Shown here one piece after another: positions 1-10,081 of a stretch of 64,000 bases of DNA. The notes under the pieces are model-generated. The model saw only the letters and a program-made list of their open reading frames with translations. It was not told the DNA's origin and did not search any database. The DNA comes from an uncultured Acidobacteriaceae bacterium (lineage in GTDB: Bacteria > Acidobacteriota > Terriglobia > Terriglobales > Acidobacteriaceae): positions 191,534 through 255,533 of the forward strand of contig CAWJPV010000004.1 of assembly GCA_963844785.1 (NCBI GenBank), written 5' to 3'. Both the position numbers and the translations under genes were made by a program. Within the stretch, counting starts at the first letter, position 1. Each line of letters begins with the position of its first letter.

Positions 1-359
1 CCAACTCCGCCCAAGCCCGCGTGTGACCCCAAGCCGATCCTGGAAAATGGGCGAACCGTCCAAGGTAAAACAGCGCCGGAAGCAGGCAGTGCGGCAAACG
101 CCGAAAAGTCCTCCATTACTTTGGATATCGGCGAGCTTTGTGAGCTTCCGTCATGGCCTAAGACAAGCATCACGAGAATCAATGCTCCCGCATGAAGTAT
201 TCGTGTCCTTGTCAATGGCTTCCATCCTTGTCCGCGTTATCGGCAGATGCGGTGGATGCTAGAGGGGGTAGTCGGCTTCGAGGGCCTTTCTGGGCAGCGC
301 AGGCCACAACTTTTTCCGGGTTTCGGCGTCTTAACCCAGGAGGAGTGAGTAAAGCAGCC

Positions 360-1109
360 ATGTCCCATCCCCGCGCTACCCTCGCCCTTCTCGTCCTCCT
401 GCTTGTTGGACCTCTTGCCGTCTTGGGGCAAAGTGCGCAGGCCGCGCCAAACCAGCAGCAGCCTCTCAGCTGGGTCCCCCAGGGTTTCGAGGCGCTGGGC
501 CAGCGTGCCGCCTTCCACACCGATTTCACCTTTGACCGCTCCATGCTGCAGTTGGCCGGCTACTTTATCGGTGATGCTGATCAGGAGGCGCGCAATGCCA
601 TTGCCAAGCTGAATGGCATCTCGGTGCACAGTTATCACTTCGCTGCGCCCGGCCTCTACGACCCTGCTGCACTGGATCTGATCCGTAGGCAATACGAGGC
701 TGCTGGCTGGCGGCATCTAGTCGCGGCCCATGGCAAGGGTGACCCCTTCAATGCCGGGCAGACTGACCTATGGATCAACTTCGCTCACATGGATGTGACT
801 GGAATGATGGTGTTGGTCTCCTCGCCCAAGGATCTCAACCTGATTGCCCTCAACGGGGACATCAGCACGCTCGATCTGCTGCATCTTCGCGGCCATTTCG
901 GTATCCCGCGTTTTTCCGGCGACGGCTTTGTGCCCCCCGGGCCATCCTCGCGGGCGCGCCGTCCTTACGTGGCGCCTGCGCCTGATGCCGGCACCCAGAA
1001 TCAGGCGCCAGACTCAGCTCCAGACCAATATCCGAGCGGTGTAGGTGTAGGCGTAGGCGGACCTTCAGTAGAGGCCGCCCCCCCGCCTCCCACTCCCCCA
1101 GGCTTCTAA
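360..1109 (+). CDS. Secreted hypothetical protein with Pro/Gly-rich C-terminal tail (possibly DUF4252-like; from memory only)
   Basis: In-frame ATG at 360 within ORF 192..1109. AGGAGG at 338-343. Signal-peptide-like MSHPRATLALLVLLLVGPLAVLGQSAQA. Confidence 0.6.
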   Translation: MSHPRATLALLVLLLVGPLAVLGQSAQAAPNQQQPLSWVPQGFEALGQRAAFHTDFTFDRSMLQLAGYFIGDADQEARNAIAKLNGISVHSYHFAAPGLYDPAALDLIRRQYEAAGWRHLVAAHGKGDPFNAGQTDLWINFAHMDVTGMMVLVSSPKDLNLIALNGDISTLDLLHLRGHFGIPRFSGDGFVPPGPSSRARRPYVAPAPDAGTQNQAPDSAPDQYPSGVGVGVGGPSVEAAPPPPTPPGF

Positions 1110-1124
1110 AAGTCGCTTAGGAAA

Positions 1125-1169
1125 GCGACGGGTGCCCCACGTTCGCCAACCTGGGCCGGGCAACGAAGG
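1125..1169 (+). repeat. REP-like repeat family B, degenerate copy (GACGGGTGCCCC...CCTGGGCCG)
   Basis: Shares the GACGGGTGCCCC/GTTCGCC/CCTGGG core with copies at 5704, 24916, 25026, 29023, 34330 and 34457. Confidence 0.7.
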
Positions 1170-1226
1170 CTGGGTGCTCCATTTGCCCCGATTTCCTGCG
1201 GAGGCTTGAGGCGTTGGTACACTCCA

Positions 1227-1252
1227 TGCGCCTTTCCTAAATGAAAGGCGCA
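1227..1252 (+). repeat. REP-like repeat family E hairpin (TGCGCCTTTC-N6-GAAAGGCGCA)
   Basis: Perfect 10-bp stem. Same architecture as 29113-29140 and 53898-53923, with one compensated base pair. The flanking ACGCGG...CAGGAAAT tail is also shared. Confidence 0.7.
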
Positions 1253-1346
1253 CACGCGGACCTGTTCAGCACAGTGTGGCAGGAAATTGGGGTCAAGCCC
1301 GGTTTTGGCTTGAGTGGGATACCACAGCACTCGACACGCCTTTTTA

Positions 1347-1376
1347 ATCATTCCGCCTGCCCCGGCGTGCCTGTGG
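1347..1376 (+). repeat. Partial repeat family D (ATCATTCCGCCTGCCCCGGCGTGCC)
   Basis: Near-identical to 8426-8452 (GTCATCCCGCCTGCCCCGGCGTGCC). Confidence 0.65.
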
Positions 1377-1450
1377 CGAATTGAAAAGGAAATGACACTA
1401 CAAAAATCGCGATGGATGCGAGGCCCGGAGGGCCGGTCGTCAAAAGTCAG

Positions 1451-1470
1451 CCCAGCCCGGAAGGGCTGGG
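1451..1470 (-). terminator. Candidate terminator hairpin downstream of mnmG
   Basis: CCCAGCCC-GGAA-GGGCTGGG. On the minus strand it is followed by CTGACTTTTG, about 75 nt after the mnmG stop. Confidence 0.35.
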
Positions 1471-1545
1471 AGACGGATCGCCAAGATTGTGGAGCGCCAG
1501 AGGCGCGGCACTAAACCTGGGTCCGCTCCCACCTCGCGGTTCACC

Positions 1546-3483
1546 CTACGTAGCCACCACCCTGCGCTTCTCGCCCACTTCCAGATAAACATTGAGCAGC
1601 GAAAGCGCAGCCGGGGTAACCCCGGGAATCCGGCTAGCCTGGCCCAAAGTCTGCGGCCGCACCCGGGCCAGTGTCTCCTGCATCTCCCGCGACAATCCGC
1701 TAATCCCAACATACTCAAAATTCGCAGGAATAGCCCGTTGTTCCGCCTTCTTGAGCTTATCGATCGCCTTGCGTTGCTGATCCAGATAGCCCGCGTACTT
1801 GATCTCCGTCTCCACCGACTTGAGCTCATTGCGAACCCTGGCATTCACAGCACCAGAAAAGAAACCCAGCTCCCCGCCCTCCCATTCCAGTCGCAGCACA
1901 GGCAGCAGTATCTCCAGGCTGATCTCCGGCCGCTTGACCAGTTGGGCGTACGTTTGCCCCGCCACATTGCCCAACCCCGAAGCCACCTCCGGCAGCAGAG
2001 CGCCCAGCCGTTCCAGGTTCACCTTGCGTGTGGCCAGCAGCTTCTCCAGCGCCACCGCCCGCGCCTGCTTCTGCTCATAATCCTGCCAAGCCCCGCTGCT
2101 AATCAGCCCCAGCGCATGTCCATACGGAGTCAGACGGCGATCGGCATTATCGATCCGCAGGTGCAAACGGAACTCCGCTCGCGAAGTAAACATGCGATAC
2201 GGTTCATTGGTGCCCTTGCTGATCAGGTCGTCAATCAGAATCCCGGTATAAGCCTCGGTGCGGTCAAGCGTAAAAGGGGCCTCTCCGCGCACCAGAAGCG
2301 CGGCATTGATCCCTGCCATCAGTCCCTGGCAGGCCGCCTCCTCATATCCCGAGGTGCCATTGATCTGTCCCGCAAGATAAAGCCGGCCAATCTGTTTTAC
2401 CGCCAGGCTGCGATCCAGCTCCGTGGGGTCGATAGCATCGTATTCAATGGCATATCCAGGCCGCAGCATCTCCGCGTTTTCGAGGCCAGGAATCGAGCGC
2501 ACCACCTCCCACTGCACTTCCATCGGCAGTGAAGTCGACATGCCGTTGACATAAACCTCGTTGGTGTCCAGTCCCTCAGGCTCCAGGAAGAACTGATGTT
2601 GCTCCTTATCCGGAAACCGCACCACTTTATCTTCGATCGAAGGGCAATACCGCGGACCCACACCCGTAATCTGTCCCGAGTACATCGGCGAGCGCCCAAC
2701 ATTCTCGCGAATAATGCGCAAAGTCTCCGGCGTGGTGTACGCGATATGGCAGGAAATCTGCTTCTGCGGCAACTCCACCGTACGAAAACTGAACGGAGTA
2801 GGGTCCAAGTCCCCGGGCTGCTCCGCGAACCGGCTCCAATCGATGCTGCGCCCGTCCAGCCGCGGCGGCGTCCCCGTCTTGAGCCGGCATCCACGCAGTC
2901 CCAGCCTCTTCAGCGCCTCCCCCAGCAGCACGCTGGGTGGTTCTCCGCTACGGCCGGCCGGGTAATGCTCTTCACCGCAATGAATCAAGCCGTTAAGAAA
3001 GGTGCCGGTAGTGATCACCACCGCGCCCGCCAGCACGGTGCGCCCGTCGCGCAACCTTACCCCGCGCAGCGTCCGGGGACCATCTGTCTCCTCCAGCACC
3101 AGGTCCACCACTTCCGCCTGTTTGATATGCAAATTAGCCTGCGACTCCAGCACCTGGCGCATCTTCACCCGGTACTGGCGCTTGTCGCACTGCGCTCGTG
3201 GAGACCACACCGCCGGCCCGCGCGAAGTATTCAGCAAGCGGAATTGGATCCCCACCGCATCGGCCACCTCGCCCATAATGCCGCCCAGGGCATCCACTTC
3301 CCGCACCAGGTGCCCCTTGGCGATACCCCCAATGGCGGGATTGCACGACATTTGCGCAATTAGGTCCAGGTTGAAACTGAACAGAGCCGTCCGGAGTCCC
3401 ATGCGGGCAGCGGCCATGGCCGCCTCGCAACCCGCGTGCCCCGCACCCACGACTACAATGTCGTATTGTTCCGTAAATGCCAT
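1546..3483 (-). CDS. mnmG: tRNA uridine 5-carboxymethylaminomethyl modification enzyme MnmG (GidA)
   Basis: 645-aa ORF. N-terminal FAD motif [13 protein letters not shown] and full-length GidA-like sequence ([33 protein letters not shown]). Confidence 0.95.
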   Translation of the reverse strand: MAFTEQYDIVVVGAGHAGCEAAMAAARMGLRTALFSFNLDLIAQMSCNPAIGGIAKGHLVREVDALGGIMGEVADAVGIQFRLLNTSRGPAVWSPRAQCDKRQYRVKMRQVLESQANLHIKQAEVVDLVLEETDGPRTLRGVRLRDGRTVLAGAVVITTGTFLNGLIHCGEEHYPAGRSGEPPSVLLGEALKRLGLRGCRLKTGTPPRLDGRSIDWSRFAEQPGDLDPTPFSFRTVELPQKQISCHIAYTTPETLRIIRENVGRSPMYSGQITGVGPRYCPSIEDKVVRFPDKEQHQFFLEPEGLDTNEVYVNGMSTSLPMEVQWEVVRSIPGLENAEMLRPGYAIEYDAIDPTELDRSLAVKQIGRLYLAGQINGTSGYEEAACQGLMAGINAALLVRGEAPFTLDRTEAYTGILIDDLISKGTNEPYRMFTSRAEFRLHLRIDNADRRLTPYGHALGLISSGAWQDYEQKQARAVALEKLLATRKVNLERLGALLPEVASGLGNVAGQTYAQLVKRPEISLEILLPVLRLEWEGGELGFFSGAVNARVRNELKSVETEIKYAGYLDQQRKAIDKLKKAEQRAIPANFEYVGISGLSREMQETLARVRPQTLGQASRIPGVTPAALSLLNVYLEVGEKRRVVAT

Positions 3484-3518
3484 AACACCTCTATTCTAGA
3501 ACTTTGGCAGGAGATCTT

Positions 3519-4406
3519 ATGGGAGAGACAAACATTGCTTTACTCGGGCTTGGACTGATGGGTTCAGGCATGGCGGCCCGCCTGCTCGACGCCGGCTACC
3601 CGCTCAGCATATGGAATCGCACCCCGGACAAGGCAAAAGCCCTGGCCGACCGCGGAGCCAGGATGGCCAAATCCCCTCGTGAGGCGGCCACAGGTGTGGC
3701 CGTGGTTATCAGCATGCTGTCCGACGTCGTCGTCTGCAGGGACGTGTGGCTAGGCCGCGGCGAGGCATTGTTGGGCACCACGCCGGGAACCATCCTGGTG
3801 GAATCCAGCACCGTCACCGTGGAATGGATTGAGGAACTGGACCGGGCGGCCAGGGAGAGCGGCTGTGAGGTGGTCGATGCCCCGGTTACGGGAAGCAAAG
3901 TCCAGGCTGAAACCGGGCAATTGCTCTTCCTGGCCGGAGGCCCAGCCGATCCTGTCAACAAGATCACCCCGATCCTCAAGGCCATGGGCCGCGACGTGGT
4001 CCACGTTGGCCCGGTAGGTAGCGGTGCTCGCCTCAAGCTCATCAACAACTTCCTTTCCGGATCACAAGCAGCCGCCCTGGCGGAGGCCCTCTCCCTGATC
4101 GAGCGCAGCGGCCTGGACCAGGAGAAGGCGCTTCGCGTGCTCACCGAAGGAGCCCCAGGCAGCCCCCTGGTGAAGCTGCTCAGCGGGCGCATGACGGCCC
4201 GCCAGTACGAGCCCAATTTCCTGCTCCGGCTCATGGCCAAGGATCTCCGTTACGCGGTCAGCGAAGCCGACCATCAGGCCCTCGATCTTGACATGGGCCG
4301 TGCGGCCCTGCGGGTGTTTGAGCACGCCATCGCCGCCGGTCAAGGAGATGAAGATATGTCCGCAGTGGTAGAGCAATTCCGTATCCAGGCCCAAAGCGCT
4401 AAATGA
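3519..4406 (+). CDS. NAD(P)-dependent oxidoreductase, 3-hydroxyisobutyrate dehydrogenase family
   Basis: ATG at 3519 after GGAG. Rossmann motif IALLGLGLMGSGMA. Stop overlaps the next start (ATGA at 4403-4406). Confidence 0.85.
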   Translation: MGETNIALLGLGLMGSGMAARLLDAGYPLSIWNRTPDKAKALADRGARMAKSPREAATGVAVVISMLSDVVVCRDVWLGRGEALLGTTPGTILVESSTVTVEWIEELDRAARESGCEVVDAPVTGSKVQAETGQLLFLAGGPADPVNKITPILKAMGRDVVHVGPVGSGARLKLINNFLSGSQAAALAEALSLIERSGLDQEKALRVLTEGAPGSPLVKLLSGRMTARQYEPNFLLRLMAKDLRYAVSEADHQALDLDMGRAALRVFEHAIAAGQGDEDMSAVVEQFRIQAQSAK

Positions 4407-5638
4407 AGAAAACCGTCGCCAAGCTCTACGCACGTTGGATGTACCGTTGGGAAACCGCCCTCACCACCCGTGACACCAACCGCATCGTCCGCCCGGTCGA
4501 GTGGGGATTTGACTGGCTTCAGGAATTCGCCCATTCCTACGGCTACAGCGCCCCCCCGCCGCCTCCGGGGGATGACGCCGCGGCCGAGCGGGCCATGCTG
4601 CAATTGAACGACTTCATCCTGCGCCATCGCACCGAGTTTTTCGCCTACCAGACTCCGGATGACTTCGTGCTCGAGGATCGTCATCCCCAGTTGTTTCCCA
4701 CCAACGTTCGTCCCCGCACTCTGCAGCAGGATGCGAAGTTTCGCCGGCTGGCAGCCGCCGGGCAGCTGCCCAAGGCGCAATTTCTGCGCTTTACTTCGCC
4801 CGTGCGCACGCCCTATCCAGAGAACGATCGTGTCAACGCCCGCTGGTTTCCCGCTCCCCCGGCCAAGCAGGCAGGCAAGCCCAAGCAGGCAATCATCGTC
4901 ATGCCGCAGTGGAACGCCGACGCTTTCAGCCACAACGCTCTCTGTTCTCTCTTCAATCGTTTTGGCGTATCTGCCCTGCGTCTGAGCAAGCCTTACCACG
5001 ACATTCGCCGCCCGGCCGAGCTGGAGCGCGCCGACTACGCCGTCAGCGCCAACGTCGGCCGCACCATCTCTTCTTGCCGCCAGGCAGTCATCGATATCCG
5101 TTGCTGCATCGACTGGCTGCAGCAGCAGGGCTACGAGCAGTTCGGCATTCTGGGCACGAGTCTCGGCTCCTGTTACGCCTTTCTTGCTGCTGCGCTCGAC
5201 AGCCGCGTGCGCGTAGGCGCCTTCAACCATGCCTCCATGTCTTTTGGCGATGTTGTCTGGACGGGGCAGAGCACGCGTCACATCCGAGCCGCCTTCGAGG
5301 GCATTTCCATGACCCAGCAGCGGCTGCGGGATGTCTGGGCAGCTGTGAGCCCCTCTTATTACATGGAGGAGTTTGCCGCTCACCCCAAAAAAGTTCTGCT
5401 CGTCCACGCCACTTATGACCTCACCTTTCTCCGCGAGTACTCGCTCCAGGTGATCGAAAATTTCCGCCGGCGCGGGATCGATTTCGTCTCCAAAGTCCTG
5501 CCCTGCGGCCACTACACCACCGGCGAAACCCCATACAAGTTCATGGACGGCTGGTACATCGGCTCCTTCATCTACGGAGCCTTCAAGAATCTGGCTACAG
5601 TTCCTGCCCTTCCCACAGCTACTTACCAAAGTAACTAA
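4403..5638 (+). CDS. Alpha/beta-hydrolase fold protein, function unknown
   Basis: 411-aa ORF translationally coupled to the upstream dehydrogenase. Nucleophile-elbow GTSLG within ILGTSLGSCYAF. Confidence 0.7.
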   Translation: MKKTVAKLYARWMYRWETALTTRDTNRIVRPVEWGFDWLQEFAHSYGYSAPPPPPGDDAAAERAMLQLNDFILRHRTEFFAYQTPDDFVLEDRHPQLFPTNVRPRTLQQDAKFRRLAAAGQLPKAQFLRFTSPVRTPYPENDRVNARWFPAPPAKQAGKPKQAIIVMPQWNADAFSHNALCSLFNRFGVSALRLSKPYHDIRRPAELERADYAVSANVGRTISSCRQAVIDIRCCIDWLQQQGYEQFGILGTSLGSCYAFLAAALDSRVRVGAFNHASMSFGDVVWTGQSTRHIRAAFEGISMTQQRLRDVWAAVSPSYYMEEFAAHPKKVLLVHATYDLTFLREYSLQVIENFRRRGIDFVSKVLPCGHYTTGETPYKFMDGWYIGSFIYGAFKNLATVPALPTATYQSN

Positions 5639-5703
5639 AGGTAACTAATCACGCTTATCGCGCTTTTCGCGCTCTTTTATTTGGAAAAGAAGCCAGAGGA
5701 AAT

Positions 5704-5750
5704 GGGACGGGTGCCCCAGGTTCGCACCAGCGTACCTGGGACGAAAAAGA
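5704..5750 (+). repeat. REP-like repeat family B
   Basis: GGGACGGGTGCCCCAGGTTCGCACCAGCGTACCTGGGACGAAAAAGA. Internal hairpin CCAGGT..ACCTGG. Confidence 0.8.
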
Positions 5751-5823
5751 CAGGCGAAGCCTTCAATTGCTCTCCCTCCATCGACCAACCGAACCCACCC
5801 GGCAAATAGTCTAGAATCGCAAC

Positions 5824-7116
5824 ATGTCTGACCGTATGCGCCGTACGCTTGCTGAGGCTGATCCCGAGATCGCCGCGGCTGTCGACCACGAAATCCGCCG
5901 CCAGCACGAAGGCCTGGAGATGATCGCCTCGGAGAATTTTGTAAGCCAGGCAGTATTAGAGGCTGTCGGGTCAGTCTTCACCAACAAATACGCCGAGGGC
6001 TATCCCGGCAAGCGCTACTACGGCGGCTGCGAGTACGCCGATGTCGTCGAAAACCTGGCGAGGGATCGCGCTAGGGAGCTTTTTGGCGCCGACCACGTCA
6101 ATGTGCAGCCCCATTCCGGTTCCCAGGCGAACGCCGCCGCCTACATGGCGGTCATCAACCCCGGCGACACCATTCTGGGTCTTGACTTGGCCCATGGCGG
6201 CCATCTGACTCACGGGCACAAGCTCAGTTTCTCCGGCAAGCTCTACCGCGTGGTCTTTTACGGCGTAGACAAGCAGACCGAGCGTATCGACTACGACCTT
6301 CTCGAAGCCACTGCTGAGCGTGAAAAGCCAAAGCTCATCATAGGAGGAGGCAGCGCCTACCCCAGGATCATCGACTTCCCCCGCATGCGGCAGATTGCGG
6401 ACAAGGTCGGAGCACTGCTCTTGATCGATATGGCCCATTTCGCCGGCCTGGTAGCTGGCGGAGTCCATCCTTCGCCCGTACCTCACGCGCAACTGGTCAC
6501 CACCACCACGCACAAGACGTTGCGGGGCCCTCGTGCCGGCATGATTCTCTGCCAGCAGCAATATGCCACAGCGGTGGATCGGAGTGTTTTCCCTGGCCAG
6601 CAGGGCGGTCCTTTGGTGCACGTCATTGCCGGCAAAGCCGCGGCCTTTCGCGAGGCTTTGGAACCGGAATTCAAGCAATACGCGCAGCAAGTGGTGGTGA
6701 ATGCGAAGGTGTTGGCCGAAACCCTGATGAGCGAAGGCTACCGGGTCATTTCTGGCGGCACCGACACCCACGTGATGCTGGTAGACGTTTTTTCCCACGG
6801 GGTCCTGGGCAGCGAAGCCGAGAATGCGCTGCATGAAGCGGGCATCACGGTCAACAAGAACGCAATTCCTTACGACGTCAATCCGCCGCTCAAGCCCAGC
6901 GGCATCCGCATCGGCAGTCCAGCCATGACCACGCGAGGCATGCGCGAGCCGGAGATGCGAATCATCGCCAAGTGGATCAGCGAGGCCCTAGATCACCGCA
7001 ACGACCCGCAGGCCCTGCGCCGCATACGAGGACAAGTGTTAGAGCTGGTAGAGAACTTTCCCCTCTACGGCTGGCTACGAGTACCCGAAACCGTAGCCGC
7101 CGAGTACGGTCCCTAA
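5824..7116 (+). CDS. glyA: Serine hydroxymethyltransferase
   Basis: 430-aa ORF with typical SHMT sequence (ELIASENF-like EMIASENF; [15 protein letters not shown]-lysine motif). Confidence 0.95.
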   Translation: MSDRMRRTLAEADPEIAAAVDHEIRRQHEGLEMIASENFVSQAVLEAVGSVFTNKYAEGYPGKRYYGGCEYADVVENLARDRARELFGADHVNVQPHSGSQANAAAYMAVINPGDTILGLDLAHGGHLTHGHKLSFSGKLYRVVFYGVDKQTERIDYDLLEATAEREKPKLIIGGGSAYPRIIDFPRMRQIADKVGALLLIDMAHFAGLVAGGVHPSPVPHAQLVTTTTHKTLRGPRAGMILCQQQYATAVDRSVFPGQQGGPLVHVIAGKAAAFREALEPEFKQYAQQVVVNAKVLAETLMSEGYRVISGGTDTHVMLVDVFSHGVLGSEAENALHEAGITVNKNAIPYDVNPPLKPSGIRIGSPAMTTRGMREPEMRIIAKWISEALDHRNDPQALRRIRGQVLELVENFPLYGWLRVPETVAAEYGP

Positions 7117-7556
7117 GCTTTCGGCGGAGTCTCCCAGGGATTGTAAGTGCCAACATTCCACAGATAACCTTCAGGGTCACGGCAGGTAAAAGCCTTGCCG
7201 CCGTAGCCCTTCTCTTCCAGCTCGAAGACCATCTCTGCGCCGGCTGCTTTAGCCTGAGCATAGGCCGCGTCGCAATCGCTCACCATGAGGGAGATGCTGC
7301 GTATCTCGCGGCCGCCCAGGTCATCCGGCATGGCAGCGTACTGCGAATAGTCTGAGCAATTGCTCTCCGAGCCGAGCATGATCATGCCATTGCCGAAGGT
7401 GAGTTGAGCGTGCATCACGCTGTTCCCCTCTCCCATATAAACAGCGTGCTTCTCAAATCCCAGGGCTTTGCACAGCCATTCGATTGCCGCCAGGCAATCG
7501 CGATAGCGCATACCGGGGATCACGGTTGATTTGCAGTCTCTAGCGTAGTTAGCCAT
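7113..7556 (-). CDS. Glyoxalase/VOC family protein
   Basis: In-frame ATG at 7556 (MANYARD...) within ORF 7113..7772, giving about 147 aa typical of VOC domains. Its stop overlaps the glyA stop (CTAA at 7113-7116). Confidence 0.7.
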   Translation of the reverse strand: MANYARDCKSTVIPGMRYRDCLAAIEWLCKALGFEKHAVYMGEGNSVMHAQLTFGNGMIMLGSESNCSDYSQYAAMPDDLGGREIRSISLMVSDCDAAYAQAKAAGAEMVFELEEKGYGGKAFTCRDPEGYLWNVGTYNPWETPPKA

Positions 7557-7608
7557 GCCCCATGCTGCCACTTTGCATATTCGGCGTCTTGAAGAAATCG
7601 GAACCCCG

Positions 7609-8430
7609 CTACATAGCAACGTGATTCTGCCACCGCCCGCGCGAGGCGATGTAGGTGGTCGGGTCGATACCGGAGAAGCTATGGAAGTCGCGGGAGAAGT
7701 GCGATTGGTCTGCATATCCACAAGCGACTGCCAGCTCCGCCCAACGCATTTCGGCGCCCTGGTGCAGAGCACGGACTACGCGTTGAAAGCGTCGCACCCG
7801 GCTCCACTGTTTGGGAGAAAGACCAACATCCTCACTGAAGACATGGTGCAGCCGCCGCTCACTGATGCCAAGCTCGCGTGCCGTTTCTCGAACGCTGAGA
7901 GATCTGAGCAAGCTCAGCGCCTCACGAACATGGCTTCTCCGCTCTCGCGCCGAAGCCTGTTCACATAGCGTTTCGTCCAGGACCTGCAGCGTCATCTCAG
8001 GGGTGGTTGCCAAGTCGCGCAAGCGCTCACGAATCGCTTCCATCGGCCAAAGGTCACTCAGCGAAAGGGATTTTTCATAGAAGAGGTCCGCGCGTTCGCG
8101 CAACCAGGGGCCAAGTCCTCCAGGTCGAAAGACCACCCCGGCAAGCCTCTTCATGTCGCAGGTTGCAACCAACTCTGCGGATGTGCGCGCACCAACCAAC
8201 AATGCCGGCCCTACCGGTACATCGCCCTCTGGAGCGCAATTGGTCAGATGATCCGCCGCGAGCGAGATGACAAATTGAATCTTGCCCCCCGGCAACACCA
8301 ACTCCCGCTGGTGCGGCACATGCGGCGCGCACGCATACCAAAGCATTTCCACGCATCCAGACAACGCGGGCGACGGCTTGCGCTCCAGGTAAACCATGCC
8401 ATTCAGACTACGCCAACCCGCCTTTGTCAT
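7609..8430 (-). CDS. AraC family transcriptional regulator
   Basis: C-terminal AraC-type HTH (ELAVACGYADQSHFSRDFHSFSGIDPTTYI). Start uncertain: the ATG at 8430 lies inside a repeat; alternative ATG at 8397. Confidence 0.85.
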   Translation of the reverse strand: MTKAGWRSLNGMVYLERKPSPALSGCVEMLWYACAPHVPHQRELVLPGGKIQFVISLAADHLTNCAPEGDVPVGPALLVGARTSAELVATCDMKRLAGVVFRPGGLGPWLRERADLFYEKSLSLSDLWPMEAIRERLRDLATTPEMTLQVLDETLCEQASARERRSHVREALSLLRSLSVRETARELGISERRLHHVFSEDVGLSPKQWSRVRRFQRVVRALHQGAEMRWAELAVACGYADQSHFSRDFHSFSGIDPTTYIASRGRWQNHVAM

Positions 8431-8488
8431 CCCGCCTGCCCCGGCGTGCCGTGGGACCGGAGCGCGAGCGTAGTGGAGGGACCTGCGG
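8426..8488 (+). repeat. REP-like repeat family D (GTCATCCCG...AGCGTAGTGGAGGGACCTGC)
   Basis: Shares the CGGAGCG(A/C)(A/G)AGCGTAGTGGAGGGACCTGC core with both arms of the 43381-43522 palindrome. Its left part matches 1347-1376. Confidence 0.8.
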
Positions 8489-8489
8489 T

Positions 8490-10079
8490 TTACCCACTCA
8501 ACACCGAAGACCGAATCTCAATCAACTTGGGCAGCACATCCCCCAACTCCACCGCCGGAGCGCCCCGCAAACCAAAAGCAAAATAAACCTTCCGGTAGAG
8601 CTGATAAAGCTCCTCATACACACCCACAGCCTTAGCCTCCGGCTGATAGGTTTGGTACGGCAGGCACATCTTCTTCTGCGCCTCTTCCACCGACTTGAAC
8701 GCACCTGCCGCCAGCAGCGCGAAGATGCCAGATCCAAGGCTGGTAGGAATCCCATCCGGCACCAACACCGGTTTGCCCAGCACATTGGCATACACCTGGT
8801 TGAGCACAGCATTGTTTTGCGGCACTCCGCCCCCATTGATCACCCGATCCACCGGCACTCCGTACTCCGCCAGGCGCTCCAGGATAATCCGCGTATGAAA
8901 GGCAGTGCCTTCGATCGCGGCGAACAATTCATCCTGCGCGGTATGGACCACGTTCCACCCCAGCGTAATCCCTCCCAGCTCCGGGTTGACCAGGATCGTG
9001 CGGTCGCCATTATCCCAGCTCAGCCGCAGCAACCCGGTTTGTCCCGGCCGATAATTCTCCAGCCCCCGGCTCAGCTCCGCGACCTTGACGTTAGCGCGCC
9101 GCGCAATCGCTTCGAAAATATCGCCTGTAGCCGAGAGTCCAGCCTCGATCCCGGTATAGCCCGGATCCACGCTACCGGGAACCACACCACACACGCCCGG
9201 AATCAGCGTAGTCTTCCGCTGCATGGCGATGATGCAAGTCGACGTCCCGACCACATTAACTACGTCGCCCTCCCTGCACCCCGCGCCGATGGCATCCCAG
9301 TGGGCATCGAACGCGCCCACGGGAATCGGAATACCCGCTCGCAAGCCCATCTTCTCCGCCCACGCCGGCGCCAGATGACCCGCCAAAGCATCCGAGGTAT
9401 GATATTCGCCACCAAGCTTGTTGCGAATGCCGTCCAGCAGCGGATCCACGCTGGAGAGAAACGCCTGTGATGGAAGCCCGTCCCACTTGGGATTCCACAT
9501 CCACTTGTGACCCATAGCGCACACACTGCGTTTCACCAGCATGGGGTCACTAATACCGCAGAGAGTCGCCGCCACCATGTCACAGTGTTCGAAAGCGCTC
9601 GCCAACTCCCCCCGCTTCGACGGGTTATGGCGCAGCCAGTGCAGCAATTTGGCGAACCCCCACTCATGGGAGTAGACCCCGCCGCACCATTCAATCGCTT
9701 CCAGGTGCTCCGCGTGCGCCAGCTGGGTAATCTGCTGCGCCTCACCCTTGGCGCGATGGTCGCACCACAGATAGTAATCATCGAGCGGCTGCATGCCGGC
9801 GTCGACCGGCACCACACTCGAACCGGTCGTATCGAGAGCGATAGCCTCGACCTGCTCGCCCGAGATCCCCGCCTTGGCCAGGACCGCCCGCATGGCGCTG
9901 ACCAGCCCGTCCATTTGATCATTGTGGGACTGAGTAGCGAAATCCGGATCTTCCCGTTTCCGCTTCAGCGGGTAGTTGGCCGAAGCCGTGGCCAATCCGC
10001 CCTTCTCTGTCCGGGAGCTGTCAAACAGCGTAACCCGGACGCTCAGCGTGCCGAAATCAACTCCCGCGACGATCGCCAC
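8490..10079 (-). CDS. araB: Ribulokinase (FGGY family)
   Basis: 529-aa ORF colinear with AraB-type motifs (VDFGTLSVR, GGVYSHEW, GTSTC, GIEAGLSATGDIF, WDNGDRT). Confidence 0.9.
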   Translation of the reverse strand: MAIVAGVDFGTLSVRVTLFDSSRTEKGGLATASANYPLKRKREDPDFATQSHNDQMDGLVSAMRAVLAKAGISGEQVEAIALDTTGSSVVPVDAGMQPLDDYYLWCDHRAKGEAQQITQLAHAEHLEAIEWCGGVYSHEWGFAKLLHWLRHNPSKRGELASAFEHCDMVAATLCGISDPMLVKRSVCAMGHKWMWNPKWDGLPSQAFLSSVDPLLDGIRNKLGGEYHTSDALAGHLAPAWAEKMGLRAGIPIPVGAFDAHWDAIGAGCREGDVVNVVGTSTCIIAMQRKTTLIPGVCGVVPGSVDPGYTGIEAGLSATGDIFEAIARRANVKVAELSRGLENYRPGQTGLLRLSWDNGDRTILVNPELGGITLGWNVVHTAQDELFAAIEGTAFHTRIILERLAEYGVPVDRVINGGGVPQNNAVLNQVYANVLGKPVLVPDGIPTSLGSGIFALLAAGAFKSVEEAQKKMCLPYQTYQPEAKAVGVYEELYQLYRKVYFAFGLRGAPAVELGDVLPKLIEIRSSVLSG

Positions 10080-10081
10080 CG

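Noticed and set aside
1-192. Open frame running from the window edge to TGA at 190-192, possibly the 3' end of an upstream gene.
   Set aside because: There is no recognisable motif, and third-position composition is not GC-skewed as in the confident genes. It cannot be judged without upstream sequence.
5715-5730. tRNA-like GGTTCG motifs inside family-B repeats, and at 14355.
   Set aside because: No cloverleaf can be drawn. The flanks are the conserved repeat sequence, and there is no acceptor stem or anticodon arm.
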